A DNA stretch of 36,500 bases from Dehalococcoidia bacterium. Lineage in GTDB: Bacteria > Chloroflexota > Dehalococcoidia > Dehalococcoidales > RBG-16-60-22. Of this stretch, positions 10,412 through 21,280 are shown piece by piece. Below the pieces are notes generated by a model, which was not told where the DNA came from, did no database searches, and was given only the letters and a program-made list of their open reading frames with translations. The DNA lies in contig SOKS01000106.1 in NCBI GenBank assembly GCA_004375725.1, forward strand, positions 1-36,500, written 5' to 3'. The number at the start of each line of letters is the position of its first letter. Position 1 is the first letter of the stretch. A program made the position numbers and the translations under genes.

Positions 10412-10765
10412 TCACTCGACCAGTGAAAGCTGCACCATGGGTGCGCCGTCTCCAAGTCTGGGACCTATCTTAGCGATGCGAGTGTAACCACCGGGTCGCT
10501 CAGCGTATCGTGTGGACAGCTCGGAAAAAACCTTGTCCGCCACATCTTTGTCATATAGGAACGACAGTGCCTGACGAAATGAGCTCAGATCACTTACCTT
10601 GCCCAGAGTAATCATCTTTTCGGCGAGACCGCGTACTTCTTTCGCTTTGGTCTCGGTAGTAACGATTTTCTCGTATCTGAGCAGGTCGGTCACCAGGTTA
10701 CGGTACAGTGCTTTGCGGTGACTGGTCGTCCTGCCTAATTTCTTTCCCGCTACGTTATGCCTCAT
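10412..10765 (-). CDS. rplQ: 50S ribosomal protein L17
   Basis: [24 protein letters not shown]... is the canonical L17 N-terminus. Follows rpoA. Confidence 0.95.
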   Translation of the reverse strand: MRHNVAGKKLGRTTSHRKALYRNLVTDLLRYEKIVTTETKAKEVRGLAEKMITLGKVSDLSSFRQALSFLYDKDVADKVFSELSTRYAERPGGYTRIAKIGPRLGDGAPMVQLSLVE

Positions 10766-11801
10766 CTTCTGTTTCTCCGGATTGCGGTTCGGTTTCTTCT
10801 GACGTGTCTATCGTCGCGTCTGCTTCTTCTGGTGACGCTTCCTCCGGCGATGTTTCTTCCTTAAGTCCAGCCGGCGGTGAGAGGGACAGCCCCAGTTCTT
10901 TCAGTTTCTCCTCTATCTCACGAAACGATTTCTGGCCGAAGTTGCGCAGCCGGAGGAGATCCTTTGACTTTTTGCTGATGAGTTCGCCAACCGTGGCAAT
11001 GCCGCCACGCCTGAGGCAGTTCATCGTCCGTACTGAGAGGTCCATCTGCTCCACAGGCAGGTTGTATTTCTCATCGGGTATGGAAAGGCGAATGAGCTGC
11101 TCTTCAGCTTTCATCTGAGATACCTTGACGTACTCAACGAACGGATTGAGCTGCTCGACCAGGATACTGGCAGCTCGGCTGATGGCATCAACCGGACTTG
11201 TCGTACCATCGGTCCACACTTCCAGAATCAGTCGCTCGTGGCTGGTATCACGCCCGGCGTGAACCGGCTCGGTGGTAAAGTTGACATTGCGTATCGGGGA
11301 GAAGATGGCGTCAACGGGTATTGTCCCCACCGGCATGCTATCATTTGACTCGGCGGTTCGGTAACCCTCGCCCAGTTCGATGTCAAACTCCACATAGAGT
11401 TTGGCGTCCGGTGAATCAAGTGTGACCAGATTGGTCTCCGGATTGGTAATTTCAAAGTCGGTCGATGGTTTGATATCTGCGGCGCAAACCTGGCCTTCAC
11501 CCTGTATATCCAGGACCATTTTGCCGGGCTGACCGGAAAGCGGCTTTATCCGCATCGCCTTGACGTTCAGTAAAAACTCGGTGACATCTTCCTTGGCGTG
11601 AGGAATGGTAGTAAATTCATGCCTGATGCCTTCAACCCTGACCTGCGTCACCGCCGCACCGGGGAGATAGCCCAGCAGTACGCGACGCAGGGCATTACCA
11701 AGAGTAACACCAAAGCCGCGCTCCACCGGCTCAGCGGTGAACCGGCCGAAGTTGTCCTCACTCTCTAAACAATCGATTTTCGGGATTACTAGACGAGACA
11801 A
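10755..11801 (-). CDS. rpoA: DNA-directed RNA polymerase subunit alpha
   Basis: 348 aa. The N-terminal domain has ...[26 protein letters not shown] and the CTD has [23 protein letters not shown] start at 11799-11801 with GGAGG at 11811-15. An acidic ~35-aa tail overlaps the rplQ start by 11 nt. Confidence 0.95.
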   Translation of the reverse strand: MSRLVIPKIDCLESEDNFGRFTAEPVERGFGVTLGNALRRVLLGYLPGAAVTQVRVEGIRHEFTTIPHAKEDVTEFLLNVKAMRIKPLSGQPGKMVLDIQGEGQVCAADIKPSTDFEITNPETNLVTLDSPDAKLYVEFDIELGEGYRTAESNDSMPVGTIPVDAIFSPIRNVNFTTEPVHAGRDTSHERLILEVWTDGTTSPVDAISRAASILVEQLNPFVEYVKVSQMKAEEQLIRLSIPDEKYNLPVEQMDLSVRTMNCLRRGGIATVGELISKKSKDLLRLRNFGQKSFREIEEKLKELGLSLSPPAGLKEETSPEEASPEEADATIDTSEETEPQSGETEDEA

Positions 11802-11822
11802 AAGTCTCTACCTCCTTGCTCT

Positions 11823-12449
11823 TTATCGCGAGTAATGTTCCACAATTGTCTTGCCGTTAAACGCGGCCTCAGTATCTTCAGGTGTGGGCAGGGAAACCAT
11901 CTGTCCCACCAGCTCTTTCTTATCCAGGCTCAACCAGCCCGGCACTGTCTTGGACTCGATTGTCTGCGCGAGCTGTTTGTAATATTCCGATTTGGCACTT
12001 TCCTTCCGCCAGCCAATGGTGTCCCCTTCTTTGACCAGCGCCGAGGGGACATCAGTCCGGCGATCATTGAGCATAATATGTCCGTGGCGAACCAGCTGGC
12101 GCGCCTGACTGCGTGAGTCAGAGAAGCCGAGGCGATACACGATGTTGTCCAGCCGTCTCTCCAGCAAGGTGAGCAGGTTATCGCCGGTTACCCCCGCCTG
12201 TCTCTCCGCCTCGGCGAAGATTCTGCGGAACTGTCTCTCCAGTATACCATAGCTGTACCGGGCTTTCTGTTTCTCACGGAGCTGCATGCCGCGGTCGGAT
12301 ATTCTCTGCCGCCTGCGGAACTGCTGTCCCGGGTGTCTGGGCCGCTTCTCCACACCGCACTTGGGTGTAAAGCACCGATCGCCCTTCAGGAAGAGCTTTA
12401 CGCCGCTGCGGCGGCACATCCTACATACTGCGCCAGTGTATCTTGCCAT
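11823..12449 (-). CDS. rpsD: 30S ribosomal protein S4
   Basis: [26 protein letters not shown]... is the S4 N-terminus, with four Cys (C-x2-C ... C-x4-C) and an S4 RNA-binding domain. Confidence 0.95.
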   Translation of the reverse strand: MARYTGAVCRMCRRSGVKLFLKGDRCFTPKCGVEKRPRHPGQQFRRRQRISDRGMQLREKQKARYSYGILERQFRRIFAEAERQAGVTGDNLLTLLERRLDNIVYRLGFSDSRSQARQLVRHGHIMLNDRRTDVPSALVKEGDTIGWRKESAKSEYYKQLAQTIESKTVPGWLSLDKKELVGQMVSLPTPEDTEAAFNGKTIVEHYSR

Positions 12450-12461
12450 TTTTCCTCTCTT

Positions 12462-12854
12462 CTACACTCGTCGTCTTTTTGGCGGGCGGCAGCCGTTATG
12501 GGGGATGGGGGTAACATCTTTGATGCCCGTAATGTAAAGACCTGAACTCTGCAGTGAGCGAAGAGCGGCCTCACGGCCACTGCCCGGGCCCTTCACATAG
12601 ACCTCAACCTGACGCAGGCCATGCATCATAGCCTTGCGTACCGCCTCGCGAGCTGCCATCTGAGCGGCGTAAGGTGTCCCTTTGCGGGAGCCCTTGAAAC
12701 CGGACGTACCGGAACTCCCCCATGAAATCACGTTGCCTGCAGGGTCGGTAAGGGTAATAATGGTATTATTAAAGGTGGACTGAATGTAAGCCTTCCCTGC
12801 CGGGATATTCTTCCGTTCCCGTCGCCTTGTCTTTGCTCGCTTCTTCTGTGCCAT
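12462..12854 (-). CDS. rpsK: 30S ribosomal protein S11
   Basis: 130 aa with ...[30 protein letters not shown]... and a C-terminal ...[13 protein letters not shown]. Confidence 0.95.
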   Translation of the reverse strand: MAQKKRAKTRRRERKNIPAGKAYIQSTFNNTIITLTDPAGNVISWGSSGTSGFKGSRKGTPYAAQMAAREAVRKAMMHGLRQVEVYVKGPGSGREAALRSLQSSGLYITGIKDVTPIPHNGCRPPKRRRV

Positions 12855-12884
12855 AGGATAACTCCTTATCTTACCTAATGCTAA

Positions 12885-13274
12885 CTATTTCTTGGCCATG
12901 CCTCTTCTCAGGCCTCTGCCGGCTACCGTCTTGCGACTACCGCGCCGGGCGCGGGCATTGGTTCGGGTACGCTGTCCTCTCGCCGGCAGGTTGAAGCGAT
13001 GCCGGCTGCCACGGTAACTGCCGATTTCAATGAGGCGCTTGATGTTCAGCTGAATCTCGCGTCTGAGTTCACCCTCTACCCGGTATTGCTTGTCAATAAC
13101 CTCGCGGAGGCGATTGACCTCATCTTCGGTAAGCTCACTCACCTTGGTATCCGGGTTTATGTTGCTCTGGGTCAGAATCTTACGGCTCAGGTGAGGGCCA
13201 ATGCCATAAATATACTGCAGAGATACCCAGGTGTGCTTATCTCTTGGTATGTCCACTCCAGCAATTCGTGCCAT
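12885..13274 (-). CDS. rpsM: 30S ribosomal protein S13
   Basis: [26 protein letters not shown]... is the canonical S13 N-terminus. Confidence 0.95.
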   Translation of the reverse strand: MARIAGVDIPRDKHTWVSLQYIYGIGPHLSRKILTQSNINPDTKVSELTEDEVNRLREVIDKQYRVEGELRREIQLNIKRLIEIGSYRGSRHRFNLPARGQRTRTNARARRGSRKTVAGRGLRRGMAKK

Positions 13275-13286
13275 TCTGCTCTCTCC

Positions 13287-13400
13287 TTATCCTTGGCGCT
13301 GTTTATGCTTAGGGTTGGAACAGATAACCCTGACCACCCCGTGCCGTTTCACTATCTTGCACTTGTCACAGCGTACTTTAACTGATGCCTTTACTTTCAT
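13287..13400 (-). CDS. rpmJ: 50S ribosomal protein L36 (zinc-binding C-type)
   Basis: Not in the ORF track (37 aa). Hand translation of the minus strand gives [37 protein letters not shown], with ATG at 13398-13400 and TAA at 13287-13289. It occupies the expected infA-rpmJ-rpsM position. Confidence 0.9.
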   Translation of the reverse strand: MKVKASVKVRCDKCKIVKRHGVVRVICSNPKHKQRQG

Positions 13401-13418
13401 TAGTCCCAATCTTTCATC

Positions 13419-13637
13419 TTACTTGAAGCGGTATACTATCCTGCCACGGCTGAGGTCGTAGGGTGAAAGCTCAACCAGTACCCTGTCCCCGGGCAGGACC
13501 CGGATGTAGTGCATTCGTATCTTGCCGGAGATATGGGCCAGCACGAAGTGCCCATTCGCCAGCTCGACACGAAACATCGCATTCGGTAACGCTTCCGATA
13601 CTGTTCCTTCAACTTCAATTGTCTCTTTCTTAGGCAT
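13419..13637 (-). CDS. infA: Translation initiation factor IF-1
   Basis: 72 aa: [30 protein letters not shown]...[16 protein letters not shown] (S1-like fold). Confidence 0.95.
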   Translation of the reverse strand: MPKKETIEVEGTVSEALPNAMFRVELANGHFVLAHISGKIRMHYIRVLPGDRVLVELSPYDLSRGRIVYRFK

Positions 13638-14388
13638 ATACTTCTTCGGTTAGTACCTCCGGTTGGCTGTCAGTAATGGCAATGGTATGTTCGAAGTGTG
13701 CCGAAAGGTTGCCATCAGCTGTCAGTACCGTCCACTGGTCGTCGCCAACACGGGTGCGCCAGTCGCCAATATTGACCATCGGTTCCAGGGCAAGGATCAT
13801 TCCCTTTTTCAGCACCGGGCCTGAATTGGGCGGGCCGAAATTGGGTATCTGCGGCTCTTCATGCATGTCACGGCCAATGCCATGACCCGTGTACTCCCGA
13901 ACTGCGGAATAACCTCTTGATTCGGCGTAGTTCTGTATGGCATGGGAAATATCGCCGAGCCTGGCTCCATCACGGGCGGCTTTAATCCCAGCTTCTAGAG
14001 CGCCTCTAGTAGTATCAATTAATTCTTTAGCTTTCTTACTTATCCGGCCCACGCCAACGGTTAACGCAACATCACCCTGGAAACCATCGAAAATGGCGCC
14101 GAAATCAAGAGAAACGATGTCGCCCTCGCGGAGCACTCGTTTTCCCGGTATGCCGTGCACAATCTCTTCGTTTACGGAAACGCAGAGGTTGGCCGGAAAG
14201 CCACGGTAACCCTTGAACGATGACCTGGCGCCACACTTCTCCAGCTCTTTTGCCGCTATGATGTCCAGCTCTTTTGTTTCCATTCCCGGTCTGATTTTTC
14301 CCACCATTATTTTTAATATCATCGCGACGATTTTACCGGCCCGGCGCATGGCCGCGATTTCCTTTTCAGATTTAATAATAATCGTCAT
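13630..14388 (-). CDS. map: Type I methionine aminopeptidase
   Basis: 252 aa. Metal ligand context [36 protein letters not shown] and SAHFEHT. ATGA overlap with the adk stop. Confidence 0.93.
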   Translation of the reverse strand: MTIIIKSEKEIAAMRRAGKIVAMILKIMVGKIRPGMETKELDIIAAKELEKCGARSSFKGYRGFPANLCVSVNEEIVHGIPGKRVLREGDIVSLDFGAIFDGFQGDVALTVGVGRISKKAKELIDTTRGALEAGIKAARDGARLGDISHAIQNYAESRGYSAVREYTGHGIGRDMHEEPQIPNFGPPNSGPVLKKGMILALEPMVNIGDWRTRVGDDQWTVLTADGNLSAHFEHTIAITDSQPEVLTEEVYA

Positions 14389-15050
14389 CGAGTGACCAGC
14401 TTCTCCTCGGGAAGAGCCGATACGATTCTTCGTGTCACCTCTTCCATGCTGCCCTCTCCGGCAACTTCTGATAGCTTACCCTGACGGCGGTAATAGTCAA
14501 TGAGCGGTGCCGTCTCGGCAAAATATACGCCAAGTCGCTTCTTAACCGTTTCCGGTTTATCATCGGGGCGCTGGTAGAGTTCACCCCCGCACTTGTCGCA
14601 TTTCCCCGCCACTTTGGGAGGGGAATTAACCATATTGTATACCGCCTGGCACTGCCGGCAGAGCCAGCGGGCGCTCAGTCTCCTTATCAGTTCTGCTTCG
14701 GCTGCCTTGATATGAATAACTTTGTCAATTGTTTTCCCCGGCTCGCTCAGGGCACTGTCCAGTGCTTCCGCCTGCGTCAGGTTGCGGGGGAAACCATCCA
14801 GGATGACCCCTTTCTCGCAATCAGGCGCCGAAAGCCGTTCCATGACCATCTGGATGGTTATCTCGTCGGGAACCAGTACCCCCCTTTCCATACAGGCCTT
14901 CGCCTGCTTTCCCAGTTCCGTTCCCTGCTCCAGCGCCTGCCGGAACAGGTCACCGGATGAAATATGGACCATATTCAATTTCCGGGCGACCATCGAGGCC
15001 TGCGTTCCTTTGCCGGCCCCGGGTGCTCCCACAAAAACTATATTATACAA
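14385..15050 (-). CDS. adk: Adenylate kinase (zinc-lid type)
   Basis: P-loop GAPGAGKGTQ. The lid has CRQC...CDKCG (4-Cys). Confidence 0.93.
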   Translation of the reverse strand: MYNIVFVGAPGAGKGTQASMVARKLNMVHISSGDLFRQALEQGTELGKQAKACMERGVLVPDEITIQMVMERLSAPDCEKGVILDGFPRNLTQAEALDSALSEPGKTIDKVIHIKAAEAELIRRLSARWLCRQCQAVYNMVNSPPKVAGKCDKCGGELYQRPDDKPETVKKRLGVYFAETAPLIDYYRRQGKLSEVAGEGSMEEVTRRIVSALPEEKLVTR

Positions 15051-15059
15051 CTTTTACCC

Positions 15060-16370
15060 CTATCTTATAAAGCCCTCATAGCGCCGCATCACGAGCTGCG
15101 CCTCAAGCTGCTTCATGGTGTCCAGTACTACGCCCACCATAATGAGCAGTCCCAGGCTGGAGAGCTGGATTACCTGGATATTGGTTATCTGCTTGGCGAA
15201 GAAGGGCATGATCGCCACGCAGGCAAGGAACAGGGCACCACCCCAGGTGATGCGGTTGATGACGCCATTCAGGTAGCTCTGAGTGTTCTTACCCGGCCGG
15301 ATGCCGGGAATAAACCCTCCCTGCCGCTGCAGAACTCCCGGTAAGTCCTGCTGCTGATAAATCACCATGGTGTAAAAGAAGGCAAAAGCGACTGCCATGG
15401 CAAAGTAAAACCCCCAGTAAAACAGCCCCATGGGCAGGGCAGCATTCGGGTCAAATAATCTCATAATCCAGTTGGCGAAATTGGGGTCGCTCGGGTTGGC
15501 AAAGTAGCTGGCAACGATTCCCGGGAACAGGACAATGGACATGGCAAAGATGAGTGGGATCATGCCGGCCGCGTTCACCCGGAGCGGGATGTGGGTGGTT
15601 CCGGCCTGACGGTACATGCGCCCGCTGCGGAAAACGCTCTTGGCGTACTGTACCGGAATGCGGCGGTGCGCCTCGGTGAAGATGACGATGACCATAATGG
15701 TGATAACCACGATAAGTAAGTAGGCGGACAGGCCAGCGAAGTTCTCTCTGGCCAGGAAACCCTGACCGATCATTTGCGGCAGCTGCGACACAATACCGCC
15801 AAAGATAATGATTGATATACCGTTGCCAATGCCATATTCCGTAATCAACTCACCAAGCCATACCAGAAACATGGTTCCGGCTACCATAGCCAGTACCATC
15901 GATGTCATTGATAGCGCAGCTGAGCTGGAGAGGACTCCCTCGCGCTGCAGGTAGACAAGCTGTCCGTAGCTCTGGACGGCGGCCAGCGGTACTACCAGCC
16001 AGTGGGTAATGAGATTAATCTTATTTCTTCCCGCTTCACCCTCTCGGGAAAGGGCTTGAAGGCGTGGTATCACCGGCACCAGGAGCATCATGATAATGGA
16101 CGAGGTGATGTACGGGTAAACGCCCATCGCGGCTATGCTGAGCCGTCGCATGGCACCGCCGCTGAACATGTCCAGCATACCGAGCAGGGCATTGCGTTCA
16201 AAAAGTGCCTGTAAAGCGGTCTGGTCCACTCCCGGAATGGGCACGTGGGCGATAAAGCGGAAGATGACCAGAATGCCCACGGTGATAAGGATGCGGCGCC
16301 TCAGGTCCGGCAGGCTGAAAGCATCCAGCATTGCCTGGAATAAGCGTGGCTTACTTGACCTGGCCCGCAT
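15060..16370 (-). CDS. secY: Preprotein translocase subunit SecY
   Basis: 436-aa polytopic membrane protein in the rplO-secY-adk position. ATG 16370 is preceded by GAGGAGGTG and overlaps the rplO 3' end by 20 nt. Confidence 0.93.
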   Translation of the reverse strand: MRARSSKPRLFQAMLDAFSLPDLRRRILITVGILVIFRFIAHVPIPGVDQTALQALFERNALLGMLDMFSGGAMRRLSIAAMGVYPYITSSIIMMLLVPVIPRLQALSREGEAGRNKINLITHWLVVPLAAVQSYGQLVYLQREGVLSSSAALSMTSMVLAMVAGTMFLVWLGELITEYGIGNGISIIIFGGIVSQLPQMIGQGFLARENFAGLSAYLLIVVITIMVIVIFTEAHRRIPVQYAKSVFRSGRMYRQAGTTHIPLRVNAAGMIPLIFAMSIVLFPGIVASYFANPSDPNFANWIMRLFDPNAALPMGLFYWGFYFAMAVAFAFFYTMVIYQQQDLPGVLQRQGGFIPGIRPGKNTQSYLNGVINRITWGGALFLACVAIMPFFAKQITNIQVIQLSSLGLLIMVGVVLDTMKQLEAQLVMRRYEGFIR

Positions 16371-16815
16371 ATTCCACCTCCTCGGCTTTCCCTCCGGCAG
16401 CCTCTATCTTGGCTTTTGCCGCTGCGGAAAACTTGTTTGCCCTGACGGTAACAGCATGACCGACCTCACCAGTGGCCAGAATTTTTACCGGATGCTTTAA
16501 CGTTTTAACCAGGCCCGCCGCATGCAGCTTTTCAGGCGTAACCTCGCTGCCTTCCTCAAATATATTCAGCTTATCCACATTAACGATGCTATACTCTTTG
16601 CGAAAAATGTTGACAAAGCCGCGCTTCCGGGGCAGGCGTTTGATCAAGGGCAACTGCCCGCCCTCAAAGCCCGGACGCATCTTGTGGCCGCTGCGGGACT
16701 TCTGACCGTTCAGGCCGCGCCCGGCATAGGTGCCGTGGCCACTGGCATTACCGCGCCCCACTCTCTTTGGTGCTTTCCTGGAGCCCGGCGGTGGCGCGAT
16801 GTTATTTTGCCTCAC
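16351..16815 (-). CDS. rplO: 50S ribosomal protein L15
   Basis: 154 aa with ...[27 protein letters not shown]... GTG start at 16813-16815. Confidence 0.93.
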   Translation of the reverse strand: MRQNNIAPPPGSRKAPKRVGRGNASGHGTYAGRGLNGQKSRSGHKMRPGFEGGQLPLIKRLPRKRGFVNIFRKEYSIVNVDKLNIFEEGSEVTPEKLHAAGLVKTLKHPVKILATGEVGHAVTVRANKFSAAAKAKIEAAGGKAEEVEYAGQVK

Positions 16816-16993
16816 TGGTTTCCTCCACCTTGACGAGATGTCTTACCTTATTGATCATACCCCGCAGGGACATGGAATCATCGTGAACGACACTCTGGTT
16901 CAGCCGGTGAAATCCAAGCGTGGTCAGGGTGCGCTTTTGAGATTCATTATAGCCAATGCCGCTCTTTATCCAGGTAATGCGCAGTTTAGGCAC
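16802..16993 (-). CDS. rpmD: 50S ribosomal protein L30
   Basis: [38 protein letters not shown]... is L30-like. I place the start at GTG 16991-16993, an 8-nt overlap with the rpsE end. The longer 90-aa ORF-track version runs through rpsE. Confidence 0.85.
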   Translation of the reverse strand: MPKLRITWIKSGIGYNESQKRTLTTLGFHRLNQSVVHDDSMSLRGMINKVRHLVKVEETSEAK

Positions 16994-17522
16994 TTGATTC
17001 CGCCCCCTCTTCAACGGCCTTTGCCTTGCGTCTGGCGACCTCTTCCTTCGGGTCCCTGAGCTGGCTGAGGCCAAGCATCGTCGCCTTGGCCACGTTAATA
17101 CGGTTGTCGCTGCCCAGGGACTTGGTCAGGATGTCCTTGATGCCACAGGCCTCAAGGACGGCACGAACACTTCCGCCGGCAATGACGCCGGTGCCCGGAG
17201 CGGCCGGTTTGAGCATCACCCTGGCGGCGCCATACTCAGCGAGAATTTCATGTGGTATGGTACCCCCGTCCATAGATACCCTAATCAGGTTCTTCTTCGC
17301 AGCGGTACCGCCTTTGTTTATCGCCGCTGGTACCTCGTTGGCTTTGCCAATGCCCAGCCCGACATGACCATTCCCGTCACCGGTGACCACCAGGGCGCTG
17401 AACCGGAGACGTTTCCCTCCCTTCATTACCTTGGCCACCCGGTTGATATACATGAGACGGTCATTCAGGACCAGGTCGGCAGCGTCTATTCGGCTAATCA
17501 TTTGATTATATTCTTCGGCCAT
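16986..17522 (-). CDS. rpsE: 30S ribosomal protein S5
   Basis: 178 aa with ...[36 protein letters not shown]... Confidence 0.95.
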   Translation of the reverse strand: MAEEYNQMISRIDAADLVLNDRLMYINRVAKVMKGGKRLRFSALVVTGDGNGHVGLGIGKANEVPAAINKGGTAAKKNLIRVSMDGGTIPHEILAEYGAARVMLKPAAPGTGVIAGGSVRAVLEACGIKDILTKSLGSDNRINVAKATMLGLSQLRDPKEEVARRKAKAVEEGAESSA

Positions 17523-17534
17523 TTTAATATTCCT

Positions 17535-17900
17535 TTAAAATTTCAAACCACCTTGCCGGGCGGCTTCGGCCAGAGCTTTAATCCTTCCGTGGTACTTATA
17601 GCCACCCCGGTCGAAGGCAACTTCTTTGATACCTTGAGCTATAGCTTTTTTCGCGAGCGCGGTGCCAACCAGCTCTGCCCGGCCTGTTTTCGCTTTGCCA
17701 TCTATCTCAGTTCTTGTTTCCGGGTCAAGGGTTGAGGCCGCAACCAGTGTATGCCCTTTTGTGTCATCGATGACCTGTGCGTAAATATGGTTCGGGCTGC
17801 GGAACACACAAAGTCGGGGCTTGCTGGGAGTGCCCTTTATTTGCGCTCTTATCCTTTTATGGCGCTTGTATCGTGCCGCTCTGGTTGTTATTTTGGTCAT
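17535..17900 (-). CDS. rplR: 50S ribosomal protein L18
   Basis: 121 aa with ...[18 protein letters not shown]... and ...[26 protein letters not shown]. Confidence 0.95.
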   Translation of the reverse strand: MTKITTRAARYKRHKRIRAQIKGTPSKPRLCVFRSPNHIYAQVIDDTKGHTLVAASTLDPETRTEIDGKAKTGRAELVGTALAKKAIAQGIKEVAFDRGGYKYHGRIKALAEAARQGGLKF

Positions 17901-17902
17901 GG

Positions 17903-18454
17903 CTACTTCTTTCCGACAACCTTGCCGGCCTTACCCGGCTTAAGGTGGACCTTTTCTCCGGCGTATCTGATCCCTTTGCCTTTATAGGCATCAGGAGGGC
18001 GAATTCTCCTGATTCTGGCTGCCATCTCACCCACCGCTTCCTTATTGATTCCGGAAACCTTGATACGAGTGTTTCCCTCAACAGAGAGGGTGATTCCCGG
18101 CAGCGGTTCCACTTCAACGAGGTGCGAATAGCCAACGCGGATCACCAGTTTTTCTCCCGCTTTCTCCGCCCGGTAGCCCACCCCTACGATTTCCAGTTGT
18201 TTTTCGAAGCCGCTGCTCACGCCGGTCACCATATTATTGATGAGACTCCGTGCCAGACCATGCTGAGAACGGTGTTCACGGTTGTCACTGGGCCGGGTCA
18301 CCATGAGCGTGTTATCCTGCTGGGCAATGGCTATCTCAGGGTTGATGTCGCGGCTGAGCTCGCCTTTCGGGCCGGCCACTTTCACCCGGTTTTTATCAAT
18401 TGTTACCGTTACCCCCGAGGGTACGGCTATTGGCATCCGTCCTATTCTTGACAT
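17903..18454 (-). CDS. rplF: 50S ribosomal protein L6
   Basis: [33 protein letters not shown]... is the canonical L6 N-terminus. Confidence 0.95.
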   Translation of the reverse strand: MSRIGRMPIAVPSGVTVTIDKNRVKVAGPKGELSRDINPEIAIAQQDNTLMVTRPSDNREHRSQHGLARSLINNMVTGVSSGFEKQLEIVGVGYRAEKAGEKLVIRVGYSHLVEVEPLPGITLSVEGNTRIKVSGINKEAVGEMAARIRRIRPPDAYKGKGIRYAGEKVHLKPGKAGKVVGKK

Positions 18455-18476
18455 GTGATGTCACTCCGTTTCCTGA

Positions 18477-18875
18477 TTACCAGACAAAGCAAAGCAGTTC
18501 CCCCCCGATTCCCTGGCGCCAGGCTTGATGACCGGCTTTCACACCCTGAGAAGTGGAGACAATGGCAATGCCCAGTCCGCTCAAGACGCGGGGTATTTCC
18601 TTCCCCCCGAGATAGACTCTCAGTCCGGGTTTGCTTACCCGCTTCATCCCGCAGATAGCTGGCTTATTATGGTCATAGTATTTCAACTGGATTTTAATCA
18701 CCCGCTGCGGCTTTCCCCGGACCACCTCATAATCGGTGATAAAACCCTCTTCTTTCAGAATTCGGGCGATGGAGAGTTTCAGCCGTGACGATGGCACCAG
18801 CACATTATCATGCTTGGCCATCGTGGCGTTCCGTATTCTGGTTAACATATCGGCAATTGGGTCAGAAACAGTCAT
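18477..18875 (-). CDS. rpsH: 30S ribosomal protein S8
   Basis: [17 protein letters not shown]... is the canonical S8 N-terminus. Confidence 0.95.
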   Translation of the reverse strand: MTVSDPIADMLTRIRNATMAKHDNVLVPSSRLKLSIARILKEEGFITDYEVVRGKPQRVIKIQLKYYDHNKPAICGMKRVSKPGLRVYLGGKEIPRVLSGLGIAIVSTSQGVKAGHQAWRQGIGGELLCFVW

Positions 18876-18893
18876 ATCATCCCCTCGATTTTT

Positions 18894-19079
18894 CTACCAG
18901 CTTGACTTTCTCACTCCTGGAAGCTGACCGGCCAGGGCCAGTCGGCGAAAACAGATCCGGCACAGGCCAAACTGGCGGATATAAGCCCGTGGCCGTCCGC
19001 ACAGGTGGCAACGGTTGCGCTGCTGTACTCTGAATTTGGCTGGCCTCTGTGCTTTAACTATCTTTGATTTCTTTGCCAT
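18894..19079 (-). CDS. rpsZ: 30S ribosomal protein S14, type Z (zinc-binding, 61 aa)
   Basis: 61 aa with [20 protein letters not shown] (CxxC...CxxC) and a C-terminal ...GVRKSSW. Confidence 0.95.
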   Translation of the reverse strand: MAKKSKIVKAQRPAKFRVQQRNRCHLCGRPRAYIRQFGLCRICFRRLALAGQLPGVRKSSW

Positions 19080-19081
19080 TC

Positions 19082-19633
19082 CTACTCCGTTCCGTCCTTG
19101 GCGAAAGGCATGCCGAGCAGCTCGATAAGATGCCTGCCTTCTTCATCCGTCTTTGCCGTGGTGGCGATTACTATCTCCAGACCACGCAGTTTCTCTATCT
19201 TATCGTAGTCTATCTCCGGAAAGGCGATTTGCTCTTTCAGGCCAAGGGTATAATTGCCCCGGCCGTCAAAGGCATTCGGAGGAACTCCATAAAATTCCCG
19301 CATCCGGGGTAGAACCGCGTTTATCAGCCTGTCCAGGAAGTCATACATCCGTTCGCCACGCAAAGTTACCTTCATACCGATAGGCATGCCTGCCCGCAGC
19401 TTGAAGTTCGCAATTGACTTCCTGGCACGGGTGATTACCGGGTGCTGCCCGGAAATGGCGGACAGGTCAGCCTCGGCCGACTCCAGGGCTTTGGCGTTCT
19501 GGCTCGCCTCACCGAGGCCGATATTGAGCACTACTTTAATCAGGCGCGGTACTTCCATGACATTACCGTAGCTGTGACGCTCTATCAGGGCGGGCACCGC
19601 TTCTTTCTGGTATTTCTCTTTCAACCGCGACAT
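19082..19633 (-). CDS. rplE: 50S ribosomal protein L5
   Basis: [43 protein letters not shown]... The ATG abuts the rplX stop (TAGATG). Confidence 0.95.
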   Translation of the reverse strand: MSRLKEKYQKEAVPALIERHSYGNVMEVPRLIKVVLNIGLGEASQNAKALESAEADLSAISGQHPVITRARKSIANFKLRAGMPIGMKVTLRGERMYDFLDRLINAVLPRMREFYGVPPNAFDGRGNYTLGLKEQIAFPEIDYDKIEKLRGLEIVIATTAKTDEEGRHLIELLGMPFAKDGTE

Positions 19634-19945
19634 CTAGTCAATTACCTCTTTGCACTTGCGGCAGACCCTTACTTTTTTCCCGTCTTCCAGGGCGGTGAAG
19701 CCCACACGGGTAGGGTGGTTGCACTTTTCACACAGTAACATGACGTTGGAGACATTAATCGGTGCCTCAAGGTCAATGATACCGGCCTGCTTGACCTGTC
19801 CCCGTGCCCGGGAGTGCTTCTTGATGAAGTTGATCCCTTCCACGAGCACCCGATTTTTCTTGGGGTAGGCAAAGCGCACCTTACCTCTTTTCCCCCTGTC
19901 CTTGCCAGCGGTTACCAGCACCGTATCATTCTTTCTTATCTTCAT
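19634..19945 (-). CDS. rplX: 50S ribosomal protein L24 (with CxxC...CxxC zinc-ribbon-like C-terminus)
   Basis: MKIRKNDTVLVTAGKDRGKRGKV... (KOW motif). The C-terminus has CEKCNHPTRVGF...RVCRKCKEV. Confidence 0.95.
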   Translation of the reverse strand: MKIRKNDTVLVTAGKDRGKRGKVRFAYPKKNRVLVEGINFIKKHSRARGQVKQAGIIDLEAPINVSNVMLLCEKCNHPTRVGFTALEDGKKVRVCRKCKEVID

Positions 19946-19957
19946 AATCTCTTACCT

Positions 19958-20326
19958 TCAAAGGACTTCCGGCGCCAGAGAGATTATCTTGGTAAAATCT
20001 TTATCTCTCAGTTCCCTGGCTACCGGCCCGAAGATCCGGGTTCCTCGCGGGTTGTTCTTATCGGTCAGGATTACCGCGGCGTTCTCATCGAACCTGATGT
20101 ATGAGCCATCGGGACGCCGGTAGGGTTGGGCAGTACGCACTATCACCGCCCGCACCACGTCGCCCTTTTTCACGGTGGCGCCCGGAATGGCTTTTTTCAC
20201 CGAGGCGACAATGATATCACCTGCCCGGGCGTATCTCCTCCTCGTGCCGCCGAGCACATTGATGCACATGATTTCCCGGGCTCCGGTATTGTCTGCGGCT
20301 CTTAATCTGGTAGAAGACTGAATCAT
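19958..20326 (-). CDS. rplN: 50S ribosomal protein L14
   Basis: [27 protein letters not shown]... is the canonical L14 N-terminus, 122 aa. Confidence 0.96.
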   Translation of the reverse strand: MIQSSTRLRAADNTGAREIMCINVLGGTRRRYARAGDIIVASVKKAIPGATVKKGDVVRAVIVRTAQPYRRPDGSYIRFDENAAVILTDKNNPRGTRIFGPVARELRDKDFTKIISLAPEVL

Positions 20327-20344
20327 AATATTAAATCCTGACCG

Positions 20345-20626
20345 TTACGCTATCTCCTCCGGTTTAACCTCGGCGACCTCTCCTTTGGTGATTATCTCGG
20401 CAACACGCCAGCGCTTGTGTCGGGAGAGCGGCCGGGTCTCCACAATCCTGACCTTATCTCCTATCCGGCACTCATTTTTTTCATCGTGAGCCAGATATTT
20501 AGTCACCCACGCAATGGTCTTTCGGTACTTCGGAAAGCGTTTGGAGGTGTTGATGGCCACTACCACCGTCTTATCCATTCGGTTGTTAACCACAAGTCCA
20601 GTCCTGGTTTTGCGCTTCTCTTCCAT
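20345..20626 (-). CDS. rpsQ: 30S ribosomal protein S17
   Basis: 93 aa with ...[27 protein letters not shown]...[22 protein letters not shown]. Confidence 0.95.
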   Translation of the reverse strand: MEEKRKTRTGLVVNNRMDKTVVVAINTSKRFPKYRKTIAWVTKYLAHDEKNECRIGDKVRIVETRPLSRHKRWRVAEIITKGEVAEVKPEEIA

Positions 20627-20630
20627 GACG

Positions 20631-20831
20631 CTACCTTATTCCCAGCTCTTTTTCTTTCAGTATGGTTTTAATCCGGGCAATTCTCTTCTTCACCATCGGC
20701 AGTTCGCGATGGTTCACCAGTTGCTTCGTGGCCAGCCGAAAGCGCAGGTTAAGCAGCTCCTGCTTTGATTCTTCCATTTGCTTTTTCAGGTCTTCCGTGC
20801 TCAGCGCTCTGAATTCATCAACCCTAACCAT
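20631..20831 (-). CDS. rpmC: 50S ribosomal protein L29
   Basis: 66 aa with ...[31 protein letters not shown]. Confidence 0.93.
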   Translation of the reverse strand: MVRVDEFRALSTEDLKKQMEESKQELLNLRFRLATKQLVNHRELPMVKKRIARIKTILKEKELGIR

Positions 20832-20857
20832 CGGCCAGTTCCTTTATACTGTTATTA

Positions 20858-21280
20858 CTAGCGGGTGGCGCTTGTCTCCCGCACCACGAATCTGGTGGCA
20901 ATCGGGAGCTTGTGCGAGGCCAGGCGTATCGCCTCTTTGGCCGCTTTTTCATCAACACCCGCCAGCTCAAATAGCATTCTTCCCGTTTTTACCACAGCCA
21001 CCCAGTGGTCGGGACTGCCCTTGCCACTGCCCATACGGGTCTCCGCCGGCTTCTTGGTGACCGGCTTATCCGGAAAAACGCGTATCCAGACTTTACCACC
21101 ACGGCGGATATAATGGGTAATGGCGCGCCTCGCGGCCTCAATCTGTTCCGCCGTAACCCAGGCCGACTCCAGTGCCTGCAGGCCATAATCACCGAAAGTT
21201 GTGGTGTTGCTTACCTGAGCTGTCCCTCTGCGGTGCCCCTTATGGGATTTGCGATATTTAACCCGTTTCGGTTGTAGCAT
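20858..21280 (-). CDS. rplP: 50S ribosomal protein L16
   Basis: [19 protein letters not shown]... is the canonical L16 N-terminus. The start lies 23 nt inside the end of rpsC. Confidence 0.95.
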   Translation of the reverse strand: MLQPKRVKYRKSHKGHRRGTAQVSNTTTFGDYGLQALESAWVTAEQIEAARRAITHYIRRGGKVWIRVFPDKPVTKKPAETRMGSGKGSPDHWVAVVKTGRMLFELAGVDEKAAKEAIRLASHKLPIATRFVVRETSATR

